Shown piece by piece: positions 21,215-30,716 of a stretch of DNA of 64,000 bases. The position numbers and the translations under genes are program-made. The first letter of the stretch is position 1; each line of letters opens with the position of its first letter. The DNA is taken from positions 750 to 64,749 of IMG/VR virus record IMGVR_UViG_2923350032_000001; one strand, 5' to 3'. The stretch comes from a virus (Duplodnaviria; Heunggongvirae; Uroviricota; Caudoviricetes). Under the pieces are notes generated by a model. It was not told where the DNA came from, did no database searches, and saw only the letters and a list, made by a program, of their open reading frames with translations.

Positions 21215-22447
21215 TTATTTGAATATATCGGTTATAGTTGGGTAATTATACATCTTAAGCTTATCTCTAAATTTCATAGAAAATATAGGGTCTACCTTAC
21301 ATCTCTGTGAGAGCTTTGCAAGCCTTAGCTCCCTCTCTTTCATAATATCTTTGTATTCTCTATCAATACTCTCCTGAATTTGCTGATTCTCAACAGGAGA
21401 CGGTTTTGTAATTTTATCCCATTGATAAGTTGGATTCTCAGTGTAATTTAAATCATCATTTTGAAGTAATTTCTCAAGATGAGACATAGCATTTTCATAT
21501 AGCATTCTATCTTGGGGCAACATACTTGCAACACGCACTTCGCTTTCAATTTCCGATACTATCATTTCAAGTTGACGTTTTTCCATCGCTATAGCTACAC
21601 GGAATGGAAACAGGGCTTCTTGCTTAATCATTTGACAATTCACATTATTGTTTATGTCACTAAGTAATTTTACAAATGAGAACTTCGCTAAAGGCTGCTG
21701 ATTTATGACACTCTGTCTAACTGGCATTGTGTAGCTCGGTGTTTTTTCAAGTGTTTTCTTCACTTGCTCTATAGCAACATTAGGAGTTTTGAGAACAGTC
21801 TTTGCTGGAATACGTAGCACCATAAACCCCTCCTTTATTGAATATTCATCACGAATACGATCTCGCTCTATTTGTTCAGGGGATGAATGCCATGCTGCAC
21901 CATCAATTTCTATAATTTGGCGTCCATTTACGACAAAATCAAAACGATAACGCTTATAGGGCACTTGCATTTCAAGCACTAAGTCAGGAGAAACTAACAT
22001 TCCAGATTTAGGTTTAAGATTAAACTCTGCAACCATTTTACGAAGAAATGCCTCCTCAGCCGGAGATTCGCAACCTTTGCAAAATATATCAAGCCAGTTT
22101 TCTGCGTCAGCGTCAACAGTTTGCCACCATGCTAACAGTCCGCGTCGGTGTCCATATAATCGTTCATCTGACGGTTTTGTTAATGGCTTTGTTAACGGTT
22201 TAATTAAGGGTTCATTTAACGGCTTATTTAACGGATTTAATAACGATTCATTTAATGGTTTGATTGACGGTCTATTTGACGACTCAATCGGTGGTTTAGA
22301 TGATGATTTGTTTTTTTTATCAAAACCTACGATAGTTATATATGCTACATATAGCATCATGCCTGCAACAGGCCATACACATGGATAAATCACGTAACAC
22401 AACAGTAATAGAACAATAGTCCCAAAAAATGTTAACTTCTTCCGCAT
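21215..22447 (-). CDS. membrane-anchored protein with DUF559/Vsr-like (PD-(D/E)xK-type) endonuclease-like domain
   Basis: 410-aa ORF in an AT-rich segment: two N-terminal hydrophobic helices, proline-rich KPLxx repeats, then RFDFVVNGRQIIEIDGAAWHSSPEQIERDRIRDEYSIKEGFMVLRI, then an unassigned C-terminal domain. Confidence 0.6.
   Translation of the reverse strand: MRKKLTFFGTIVLLLLCYVIYPCVWPVAGMMLYVAYITIVGFDKKNKSSSKPPIESSNRPSIKPLNESLLNPLNKPLNEPLIKPLTKPLTKPSDERLYGHRRGLLAWWQTVDADAENWLDIFCKGCESPAEEAFLRKMVAEFNLKPKSGMLVSPDLVLEMQVPYKRYRFDFVVNGRQIIEIDGAAWHSSPEQIERDRIRDEYSIKEGFMVLRIPAKTVLKTPNVAIEQVKKTLEKTPSYTMPVRQSVINQQPLAKFSFVKLLSDINNNVNCQMIKQEALFPFRVAIAMEKRQLEMIVSEIESEVRVASMLPQDRMLYENAMSHLEKLLQNDDLNYTENPTYQWDKITKPSPVENQQIQESIDREYKDIMKERELRLAKLSQRCKVDPIFSMKFRDKLKMYNYPTITDIFK
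22168..22300. repeat. tandem 15-nt repeats encoding the proline-rich KPLxx linker of ORF 21215-22447
   Basis: ttaa(c/t)ggNtt(g/a)tt-type units read in sequence. Confidence 0.6.
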
Positions 22448-22499
22448 ACCAAACTCTTTGCATCAATAAAGGGGGCTGGCTTATATAATCAAATCACAT

Positions 22500-22891
22500 G
22501 CCCGAAATAAAAGATGACCAACACCAACGGAAATAACACTCTAAAGCTCCACCGCCAGCACCACCAGCACCACCAGCACCACCAGCACCACCAGCACCAC
22601 CAGCAACTGCACCCAAGGTAGAAGTTCCTTTAATATTATATCCAGTAACACTACCAGCTACTGCACCGAGAACAGCACCGAAAGTCTGAGCTGCTTATTT
22701 ATTAGCTGTATTATCAACTTTTACTTTGGCTGGGAGAACAGAGATTATATTTACTACTCTTGTTTTGAATTAAGTTGGGCTGTGTCGTACACATCTGCCG
22801 CATATTCAGCACCATTAGACTGACACCCTGAGAGAAAAATTGCAGAAACAACCATGACGCATAAAGAAGAAATTTTAGCCATTAGAATCAT
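22500..22891 (-). pseudogene. possible disrupted glycine-zipper lipoprotein gene (lipobox signal peptide, then out-of-frame Gly/Ala-rich segment)
   Basis: MAKISSLCVMVVSAIFLSGC lipobox ORF stops at 22754; an adjacent frame encodes AAQTFGAVLGAVAGSVTGY...GAGGAGGAGG without a start codon. Confidence 0.3.
22548..22614. repeat. tandem hexanucleotide repeat (CACCAG/GCACCA), about 10 units
   Basis: ccaccagcaccaccagcacc... read in sequence; encodes a Gly-Ala run on the minus strand. Confidence 0.85.
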
Positions 22892-23182
22892 CCCAGAAAA
22901 AAATATAATCCAAGAAAATCTATCACATAAGCCAAATACAAACAAGATTACAAACAAGATTAATCCTATTGATGTATATCAATTATTATAAAAAATACGA
23001 TCTTCATTGCTGAAGCTGCGTTATATTAAGTCTAAAAAAATCAACCATCGATATTATATGCTCTGCTAATAATTTATACTTGATTTAGTTGAATTGGATT
23101 AATATTGACACTTACTCACTCTCTAATTATATATAATTTCCAATTTTATATGCGCATATATAGAAACCTATACCAATAGCAC

Positions 23183-23199
23183 TTCGCTCTAATAAATTT
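23183..23199 (+). promoter_or_regulatory. C1 operator-like site heading the second c4-icd-ant module
   Basis: cTTcGCTCTAATAAATTT. Confidence 0.55.
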
Positions 23200-23259
23200 G
23201 TATTTTTAAGTCGCGAATGCTATCTTTTCGCATCATATTGACCTTTTAATCGTTCAGGC

Positions 23260-23352
23260 TTGTAGTTCCGCCGTCGTAGCAAATTCTGCGACCGGGTTTA
23301 GCAGCCTGAATACTTACGCGGACAACCGCAGATTTCCGATATTGCGGTATTT
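23260..23352 (+). ncRNA. candidate c4-like antisense RNA of the second immunity module
   Basis: untranslated region with hairpin ACCGCAGATTTCCGATATTGCGGT + T-run, arranged like 9790-9885. Confidence 0.25.
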
Positions 23353-23511
23353 TTGTGTCCGTAAACCACGTTACGCCCGAATTATGGTGGGGCGTGATGG
23401 GGAGGCTTCGGCCTGCTGGTTTCGTAAGTGCCAGTCTGCTAACCCCGTCACGTCCTGCCACCTGTTTAGCAGCGGGTCGCAGGTTGTTTATCAACTTACG
23501 AGGCCGTAACT

Positions 23512-23733
23512 ATGGTTAATGCCAATCCTTGCGCACGCCAAGAATTCATCTGGCGTTTCTATTCCTGTAAAAAACACCACTATCACTTCGTTATCGCAGC
23601 AACAGAAGACGAAGCACGCTCTCAATTGCCTGATGGCCCCTGCATTTTTACTGCCCGTTTTTCAACTAACTCGCGCAATTCACTTAGTTACTGGAGCCTC
23701 CCCTTCTCTGCCGACGTTCAGGGGGGTTTATGA
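23512..23733 (+). CDS. icd: Icd-like protein (second copy)
   Basis: 73-aa ORF MVNANPCARQEFIWRFYSCKKHHYHFVIAATEDEARSQLPDGPC... Confidence 0.75.
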   Translation: MVNANPCARQEFIWRFYSCKKHHYHFVIAATEDEARSQLPDGPCIFTARFSTNSRNSLSYWSLPFSADVQGGL

Positions 23734-24775
23734 AAACACCTCTCGTCACCCGTAATGAAATAGCCGAAGCGATCGCCTTGCATACTGCCTGTATGCCGAC
23801 ACGGGAGACCCCCGGCGCAATTGCCAACTATTTCATGATAACCAGACGTTTTTATACCCGAACAGATAAGGCTGTGATCAACAGGCTACTGATAGCCGAG
23901 ATCAGGGATTATTTGATTGAACAAGGACGTCTACGTTACGCAACAGTGGCAGCAGAAATGAGAAAGGAGGCGCGCAGAATGACCGGTAATAATTTGAATG
24001 TTGAAAAACCAGCACCTGTTGCTTCAGCTACGCCATCACCAGCTGTGAATGTTATCTCCAACACTGGAGACACAATCGACAGCCAGACACTGTTAAAGAT
24101 GGTCAATGAAGCGCGTAAGTTATGTGTGGAACCAGAGGTTCGGAACAACAAATTCATCGAAAAAATACTCGACGAATTAGAAGGTGAGGACGGTTACACA
24201 AAAAGTGCAACCGTGCCGCCAGGTGGCGGTACGCCTATGGTTGTCATAACCATGACCTACAAACAAGCCCTGCGAGTCGCGCGCGCGAGTCAAAAGCGGT
24301 CCGCCGTTCGCTGATCGACAAACTGGAAGAATTGCAGCAGGCATACTCCCCTGCCCCATCGATCCCCCAAACATTACCAGAAGCTCTACGCATGGCTGCC
24401 GAGTTGGCAGAGCAGAAAATGCAGTTGGAACAGCAGCTGGTGGCCGCAGCCCCTAAAGTCGATTTTGCCGACCGGGTATCAGTGGCCAATGGAATCCTGA
24501 TCGGGAACTTTGCAAAGGTCGTTGGACTTAAGCAAAACGCCCTTTTCTCATGGTTGCGCCAGAACGGCATTCTCATGGCTTTTGGAGCGCGCAAAAACGT
24601 ACCGCGCCAACAGTACATCAATGCGGGGTATTTCACGGTGAAAGAAGTGGTGCTGGATGATGAAAATGGCTACCAGATACGGCTGACGCCCCAATTAACG
24701 GGTAAAGGCCAGCAGTGGTTAACTCGCAAGCTACTTGATGCTGGTTTGTTAAAACCAGTGGCGTCCTTGTCTTAA
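23730..24775 (+). pseudogene. antirepressor-like gene split into two frames (194-aa N-part, 147-aa KilA-C-type C-part)
   Basis: ORF 23730-24314 ends ...SQKRSAVR*; an overlapping frame continues ...KAVRRSLIDKLEELQQAYSPAPSIPQTLPEALRMAAELAEQK, parallel to the intact paralog 10280-11392. Confidence 0.6.
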
Positions 24776-25327
24776 CGTATTCAGACCAGGATTTGCCATA
24801 AATTACAGGCATGTGTACGATATGCCCAACCCTGTTTTTCAGGGGAGGCGCAACGTTATGCGGGGGTTATGAACTCCTGGATGCGTAGCCTCCAGACAGA
24901 AAAAACCCTCGCCACAACGTTGCATGGAGGCAACCAGCGAGGGCATTCCTTATGTCTGATCAACAAGAGGATAGCCGCAAGCAGTTGCTGTTGCAAGTGT
25001 GCGGAGCTTCGTAATGACTCTTCAAAAAGCTTGCAAGTGGATTGTGACCAACATCATTGTTCCTGTCATCATCGGAGCTTCAAGTTCTGTGTTGGCATCA
25101 GTGATTGCCTCACTTCTCCACATTGCATAACAACATTGAAGGGCGTTAGTTCGCAGTGTAACAGCAGCGCGTTGCGCCCGAACAGGCCACAGGGTAAAAC
25201 CTGTGGCCTTTTTCGTTTTAGCCAGCCACAAATCCACATTGAAAAACGCCTTATACAAAAAAACCTGCCAGCAAACTGGCAGGTTTCTGAGCAGTTCGAC
25301 CAACCCGATCTGGATCGAGTCAGAAAA

Positions 25328-25344
25328 ATTTGCTCTAATAAATT
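25328..25344 (+). promoter_or_regulatory. C1 operator upstream of kilA-repL
   Basis: ATTTGCTCTAATAAATT about 70 bp upstream of the kilA ATG. Confidence 0.7.
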
Positions 25345-25414
25345 TTGTTTTCTGAGTGCAAAGAATCACCATTTCGAGCTGGTGATTGAAGGTTGATGCA
25401 AATTTGGAGAAAAA

Positions 25415-26215
25415 ATGCAACAAACATTCAATGCGGATATGAATATATCAAACCTTCATCAAAATGTCGATCCTTCAACCACTCTGCCTGTTATTTGTGG
25501 TGTTGAAATTACGACCGACCGCGCTGGCCGTTACAACCTTAATGCTCTACACAGAGCGAGCGGACTCGGTGCCCATAAAGCGCCAGCTCAATGGCTAAGA
25601 ACGCTGTCAGCCAAACAGCTCATCGAAGAGCTTGAAAAAGAAACTATGCAGAATTGCATAATTTCGTTCGAAGGCCGTGGCGGCGGCACTTTTGCCCATG
25701 AATTGCTCGCAGTGGAGTACGCTGGTTGGATTTCTCCCGCGTTTCGGCTGAAGGTAAACCAGACATTTATCGACTATCGAGCTGGAAGATTACAACCTGC
25801 TATTCCGAAGAGCCTCCCAGAAGCTCTCCGTTTGGCTGCCGACCTGGCAGAGCAAAAGCAACGGCTGGAGCAAAAAATGCTTATGGATGCACCTAAAGTC
25901 GAATTCGCCGAACGCGTTGCTACCGCCAGCGGGGTTCTAATCGGCAACTATGCCAAAGTGCTCGGCCTGGGCCAAAACTATCTCTTCACCTGGTTGCGTG
26001 ATAACGGAATTCTGATCGCAACCGGTGAACGCAGGAACGTCCCCAAACAAGAATACATATCCCGTGGGTATTTCACCCTTAAAGAAACCGTGATCGATAC
26101 AAGCAATGGAAGCAGGATTTCTTTCACGACTCGTATAACCGGCAAAGGTCAGCAGTGGCTGATGAAGCGATTGCTTGATGCTGGTGTGCTGGTACCTGTC
26201 GCGGCAACGCGCTAA
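25415..26215 (+). CDS. kilA: KilA (KilA-N plus KilA-C/ANT domains)
   Basis: 266-aa ORF directly upstream of repL. Confidence 0.9.
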   Translation: MQQTFNADMNISNLHQNVDPSTTLPVICGVEITTDRAGRYNLNALHRASGLGAHKAPAQWLRTLSAKQLIEELEKETMQNCIISFEGRGGGTFAHELLAVEYAGWISPAFRLKVNQTFIDYRAGRLQPAIPKSLPEALRLAADLAEQKQRLEQKMLMDAPKVEFAERVATASGVLIGNYAKVLGLGQNYLFTWLRDNGILIATGERRNVPKQEYISRGYFTLKETVIDTSNGSRISFTTRITGKGQQWLMKRLLDAGVLVPVAATR

Positions 26216-26244
26216 CAGACGTAGTAAGAACCACCAGCATTGTA

Positions 26245-27090
26245 ATGCTGGCTAAAGTCACTTTCCTGAGCTGTATAACGATGAGCGATTTTACTTTTTC
26301 TGGCTATGAATTGGCCTGCTTTGTAACACACTCCGGTCTATCCCGTAGCGCCGGGCATATCCTGTCGCAATGTGCAAATCTCGCGGCAACAACCAGTGAA
26401 TACTTCATTCACAAGCCTCACCGCCTGATCGCGGCAGAAACTGGTTATAGTCAATCAACCGTCGTTCGTGCATTCCGTGAAGCTGTAAACAAAGGAATCC
26501 TGTCTGTAGAGATTGTTATCGGCGATCACCGTGAACGTCGCGCTAACCTGTACCGGTTTACACCATCCTTTTTGGCCTTCGCACAACAAGCCAAAAATGC
26601 GCTGATTGAAAGCAAATTAAAGATCTCTTCAGCGGCAACTAAGGTTAAAGCTGTTCTCGCTAAGACATTAGCTTTATTTAATTTTTTATCCACACCCCCA
26701 TGTCAAAATGATACCCCCTCCCCCTGTCAGGATGACGTGGCAATAAAGAATAAGAAGTCACAAGTTAAAAAAACAAAAAGATCAGTTTCCGGCGGTGCCG
26801 GAACGATCAGACTCAAAAAATTGACTTCATGGATCGCTGAGACAAAAGCAAAGGCTGACAATCTGCGGTTATCCAAAAAACGCGCTCAAAAACATGAGTT
26901 CAAGCAGAAAGTAGAGGCGGCAGCGCGGAAATATGCTTACCTGAAGAACAAGCGTTCTCCTGATATTGGCGGGGTATCAAACTTCGATAATCTGCCGCAT
27001 TGCATGACGGTAAACGAAGCTCTTAATGCGGTTTTAGCCAAAAATAAAGATAACGAACAATGGGGTATACCGGCAGGATTCAGAGGGTGA
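26245..27090 (+). CDS. repL: RepL lytic replication initiator (oriL expected inside the gene)
   Basis: 281-aa ORF following kilA, as in P1. Confidence 0.9.
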   Translation: MLAKVTFLSCITMSDFTFSGYELACFVTHSGLSRSAGHILSQCANLAATTSEYFIHKPHRLIAAETGYSQSTVVRAFREAVNKGILSVEIVIGDHRERRANLYRFTPSFLAFAQQAKNALIESKLKISSAATKVKAVLAKTLALFNFLSTPPCQNDTPSPCQDDVAIKNKKSQVKKTKRSVSGGAGTIRLKKLTSWIAETKAKADNLRLSKKRAQKHEFKQKVEAAARKYAYLKNKRSPDIGGVSNFDNLPHCMTVNEALNAVLAKNKDNEQWGIPAGFRG

Positions 27091-27092
27091 TA

Positions 27093-27109
27093 GATTGCTC
27101 TAATCTGGA
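27093..27109 (+). promoter_or_regulatory. C1 operator half-site-like sequence
   Basis: ATTGCTCTAATctggag directly after repL stop. Confidence 0.35.
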
Positions 27110-27140
27110 GTCACCTGGCGTTTTCAGTTTGAGGTCGGAG

Positions 27141-27386
27141 ATGCAATCTGATTTTTTACAGTTAGCGATCGCTTTTGCAGGATATGTTTGTATTGGCTTC
27201 TGTGTATACATGATCAGCCGAAAAATGCTTGTCGATATCGACCGCAAAGAACAAGCAGAGGAGATCTTAGTATGGATTTTCTTTGGCGCGGTCTGGCCAT
27301 TAGGGATCATGTTTGCTGCAACATTTCTTCTGATGTGGATATTCACCCTTCCAGGTGATTTCTATAGAAAAAAAGCCAGACATTGA
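27141..27386 (+). CDS. small predicted membrane protein (two hydrophobic helices)
   Basis: MQSDFLQLAIAFAGYVCIGFCVYMISRK...ILVWIFFGAVWPLGIMFAATFLLMWIF. Confidence 0.35.
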   Translation: MQSDFLQLAIAFAGYVCIGFCVYMISRKMLVDIDRKEQAEEILVWIFFGAVWPLGIMFAATFLLMWIFTLPGDFYRKKARH

Positions 27387-27568
27387 TACAATCGTTGCGG
27401 GTGCTTGAGGCTATCTGCTTCAGGCATTACCCGAAAAGCAGATAGAAGAAAGCCCCAGATAACATTACGCGTCCTGCAAGACGCTTAACATTAATCTGAG
27501 GCCATATCTATGCTTAGCATACGTAGATTAGCCTCTTACCGACCAAAAGGTCAAGGAGAAGCAGGCTA

Positions 27569-27724
27569 TGAAGCAGCAAAAAGCGATGTTAATCGCTCTG
27601 ATCGTCATCTGTTTAACCGTCATTGTGACGGCACTGGTAACGAGGAAAGACCTCTGCGAGGTACGAATCCGAACCGGCCAGACGGAGGTCACTGTCTTCA
27701 CAGCCTACGAATCTGAAAGGTAAG
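27569..27724 (+). CDS. hok: Hok/Gef-family type I toxin (51 aa)
   Basis: MKQQKAMLIALIVICLTVIVTALVTRKDLCEVRIRTGQTEVTVFTAYESER fits the Hok/Gef pattern; overlapping mok-like frame 27510-27716. Confidence 0.8.
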
Positions 27725-27744
27725 AGACCTGGCGGGGAGAGATC

Positions 27745-29086
27745 CCATAAGCGCTAACTTAAGGGTTGAACCATCTGAAGAATGCGACGCCTCGGTGCCT
27801 CGTTAAGACGATGCCTCGCGTTCTTCAATTGCGTTTTGTAGGCTGTCAGGGATACTGTCCCACGAATGGCCACCTGTAAGCTCCAGATGACCATTTTTGT
27901 TATTCTCCACAACGAGTTAGTTCTTCTTTTCGGATCCGGCACTTCTGGGGGGGAAATCCAGCGATGGCTGGATTATGTCGTCAATTAAAAATGCGGCGAG
28001 TAGATTAGCAAATATCCACGCTTTCGCGAGTTCAGGTTCCTTTGCACGCAAAGCATCCAGGTGCAGCAAACTTTTGAGCCGCTTAAAAGCCAGTTCAATT
28101 TGCCATCGCAGACGGTAACAATCAGCCACTTGCTCTGCTGAATATTCATCTTCCGGTAATGATGTTAGCAATAGCACATGGCCCGCTGCTTCCAGCGTTT
28201 CCGCCTGAACTACTCGTCCTTTTCGACGATTCTCGCTGAGCAGTCGGGTTTTACTGATTAATGCTTTTTCGGGAGGAAGTGATACGGCAATGAGACGTGC
28301 CGGAAAGGGAGCTCCGGCTTTTTTATTACCTGAATTGCCTATCATTACAGTGGTTTCACCGTTCTTACCGCAATCCAGCCCGCGCAGAAAACCCATCATG
28401 TCAAAGCGCATTCCTTCTGCAGTTAACCAGCGCAATCCTCGCCAGTGAACCCGGACGATATAATCAGCTTCTCCAAAAGCAAGTGAGCGGATACATTCGG
28501 GACGCGAACCGAATCCCCGGTCAGCAATGCGTATCTCGTCTGCCGTTTGCGCAAATCGGTCCAGCCGTTCAGCGTCTCTGCTGTCGGTTAGCTCAAAATC
28601 AGTGAACTGACAGGTATGAGGATCATATCCCATATGTAGTCGCCATTCAGCGCTGCCGCCCCCGGGCGCACTGATTGCTGTTCCATCGACAAGACGCAAT
28701 CTCTTTCCGCTTGTACAACCCGTAACTGCGGCGCGTACAGCAAGTGTTTGTGCGGCAAGTATGCCAAACCAGTCGGCGGCATTCCGCAGCCGCTTCAGGA
28801 GAGCCACGTCAGATAATGTTGCAACGTCATGGAGCTGAGCCCATGCAGTGACTTCACGTAATGACATCCCCCCGGGGCCGTAAGCCAGCCCCAGACGTAG
28901 CAGAGTTGCAGCATCACGAATTTCGCGGCGGCGGGTTAGAGCCCCGGCATTACGTGCCGAAGTATCCAGTTCTTCGGGCTTACCAATATGGGCCAGAATT
29001 GCTGACCAGTTATCGTGAGAGTAATTCATCGGCACGTTAAATCATATCAGGCGTAATACCACAACCCTTAAGTTAGCGCTTATGGG
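27745..29086 (-). mobile_element. IS186 (IS4 family)
   Basis: terminal inverted repeats CCCATAAGCGCTAACTTAAGGGTTG at both ends; 370-aa transposase inside. Confidence 0.88.
27917..29029 (-). CDS. IS186 transposase
   Basis: MNYSHDNWSAILAHIGKPEELDTSARNAGALTRRR... Confidence 0.9.
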   Translation of the reverse strand: MNYSHDNWSAILAHIGKPEELDTSARNAGALTRRREIRDAATLLRLGLAYGPGGMSLREVTAWAQLHDVATLSDVALLKRLRNAADWFGILAAQTLAVRAAVTGCTSGKRLRLVDGTAISAPGGGSAEWRLHMGYDPHTCQFTDFELTDSRDAERLDRFAQTADEIRIADRGFGSRPECIRSLAFGEADYIVRVHWRGLRWLTAEGMRFDMMGFLRGLDCGKNGETTVMIGNSGNKKAGAPFPARLIAVSLPPEKALISKTRLLSENRRKGRVVQAETLEAAGHVLLLTSLPEDEYSAEQVADCYRLRWQIELAFKRLKSLLHLDALRAKEPELAKAWIFANLLAAFLIDDIIQPSLDFPPRSAGSEKKN

Positions 29087-29426
29087 AGTGATCCCCGCCA
29101 CTCTTCGTGTGTCTGGTAACCTCAATGCACCCTTTTCTCCCCAATAGTGTAAAACACAATGAAGTAGAAGGAGTTATTTCACATCATGCAAAGATTCAGA
29201 CCATATCTCCCAATAGCCTTCGCGACATGATGACTTTCAGAAATATCTAGCTGTTAACAAAATTCCATACTTGCTTTGCTAATACCACCTAGATTATATA
29301 TGGAAAAATACACCTAAAACTTAAACAAATTATATCCACAACAAACATCCATCTATTAGGATTAAAATTAATTTAATAATAAATAATACAACACCGGTTC
29401 ATTTTCTAACAAACCGGTGGGCACCA

Positions 29427-30419
29427 TTATTGGAATAACTTACTGATTACATTAAAAACATTAAGGGCGTTACTTGCCACACTAGACATCTTGGCTGAAT
29501 TTTTTTCGATTGAGTCAAGAACACTTTCGACTTCCGATAAAGTTCTTCTGCTATCTGCATCTTTTCCTGAGTCTATCGCATCTTTAATTGCAGATATAGC
29601 AGACTCTAAATTCTCCTTAAACTCACCTGTCGTCTCATCCTTCAAGAGAAGTTCTAACTCTTGTTTAAGTTTTTCCAATGATGCTCTTTTCTCATCAGTT
29701 TTACTAATCTTCCCTGAATAACTGACACAAACACATTCTCTTTTATTGCAGACAGGACAACCATTTAGATAATAACTTTCAAACGCCTCGCCAAGATCAT
29801 CATCTTTAAAAATAATCCCCCATAAAGAAAACAACCAAGCATATATATCAGCACACTCTTCATGAAGATTTTCTTTGTTGTAATTTTTATCTTCAATTGA
29901 TTTAGCATAAGCCTCTTGCAACTCACCCAACTCTTCGAATAACCTGGATGAATGATAAAACCCACCAAAAGTAGACCAAATGGTTCTATTCGACGGATAG
30001 ATGTCATTAATCATTCGTGGCGCATAAGGCGGAAATTGCATAGGTTTAATAGCGTTATATTTATTGAAAAGCTCATCTTTAATTCCTTTTGCGCTTCTTA
30101 TTTTCTCTGGCTTTCTGTGTGTTTGAGAACAGGAACAAGGCGCCCCTAAGCAATAAGGACAGCAACTAGGAAATTTTTTATAAAATGCTTCCTGTGGTTG
30201 TATTTCAAGTTTATCACAGATTGCAAAAAGCCAAGACAATGCTTCTATATAGGTATTTTTTAATAATTCTTTATCCTGATTACCATCACGAATAAACTCA
30301 CGTGTTAAATAAGCTGTTTTCCTTGTCAGATAAGAGTACATATACTCAAATGATTTTTCTTCATTTTTTTTGCTGTAAATACCTACAATAATATTGCTCA
30401 TATCATTGATACGTAACAT
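29427..30419 (-). CDS. tandem MazG-like (all-alpha NTP pyrophosphohydrolase-like) protein with two Cys-rich zinc-ribbon-like motifs
   Basis: AT-rich ORF; start likely Met with AAGAGG RBS at about 30419; FEELGELQEAYAKSIEDKNYNKENLHEECADIYAWLFSL; CCPYCLGAPCSC and CPVCNKRECVC. Confidence 0.55.
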   Translation of the reverse strand: MLRINDMSNIIVGIYSKKNEEKSFEYMYSYLTRKTAYLTREFIRDGNQDKELLKNTYIEALSWLFAICDKLEIQPQEAFYKKFPSCCPYCLGAPCSCSQTHRKPEKIRSAKGIKDELFNKYNAIKPMQFPPYAPRMINDIYPSNRTIWSTFGGFYHSSRLFEELGELQEAYAKSIEDKNYNKENLHEECADIYAWLFSLWGIIFKDDDLGEAFESYYLNGCPVCNKRECVCVSYSGKISKTDEKRASLEKLKQELELLLKDETTGEFKENLESAISAIKDAIDSGKDADSRRTLSEVESVLDSIEKNSAKMSSVASNALNVFNVISKLFQ

Positions 30420-30716
30420 GACATTCCTCTTAAATAAGCCAATACTTCCTAGAACCATATATGCTTCGACAAAGATTAACGGACATCTTGCCTTCACAAA
30501 CTTTGACGCTACATAAATTTAACCATGTGCATACTAAATATTTAAGGTAGAAAAGTATAGGAGTATTTATTAATAGGTAACTGTTAGTTTACACTCACTT
30601 CATACCAGAGTATTTACAAGATGTTATTTTACTCTATTCGCTAGGCGGTGGAATGCGGTTGTATCAAGGGGAGGTAAACCTCCCCCGAAGAAGATTAAAA
30701 GTACAAGGGATAACAC

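Noticed and set aside
24869-25423. Cys-rich ORF 24869-25396 and antisense ORF 25022-25423 upstream of kilA
   Set aside because: Low-complexity translation with no start context; the region holds the C1 operator and promoter of kilA-repL
28297-28782. ORFs 28297-28605 (+) and 28588-28782 (-) inside IS186
   Set aside because: Embedded in or antisense to the IS186 transposase gene
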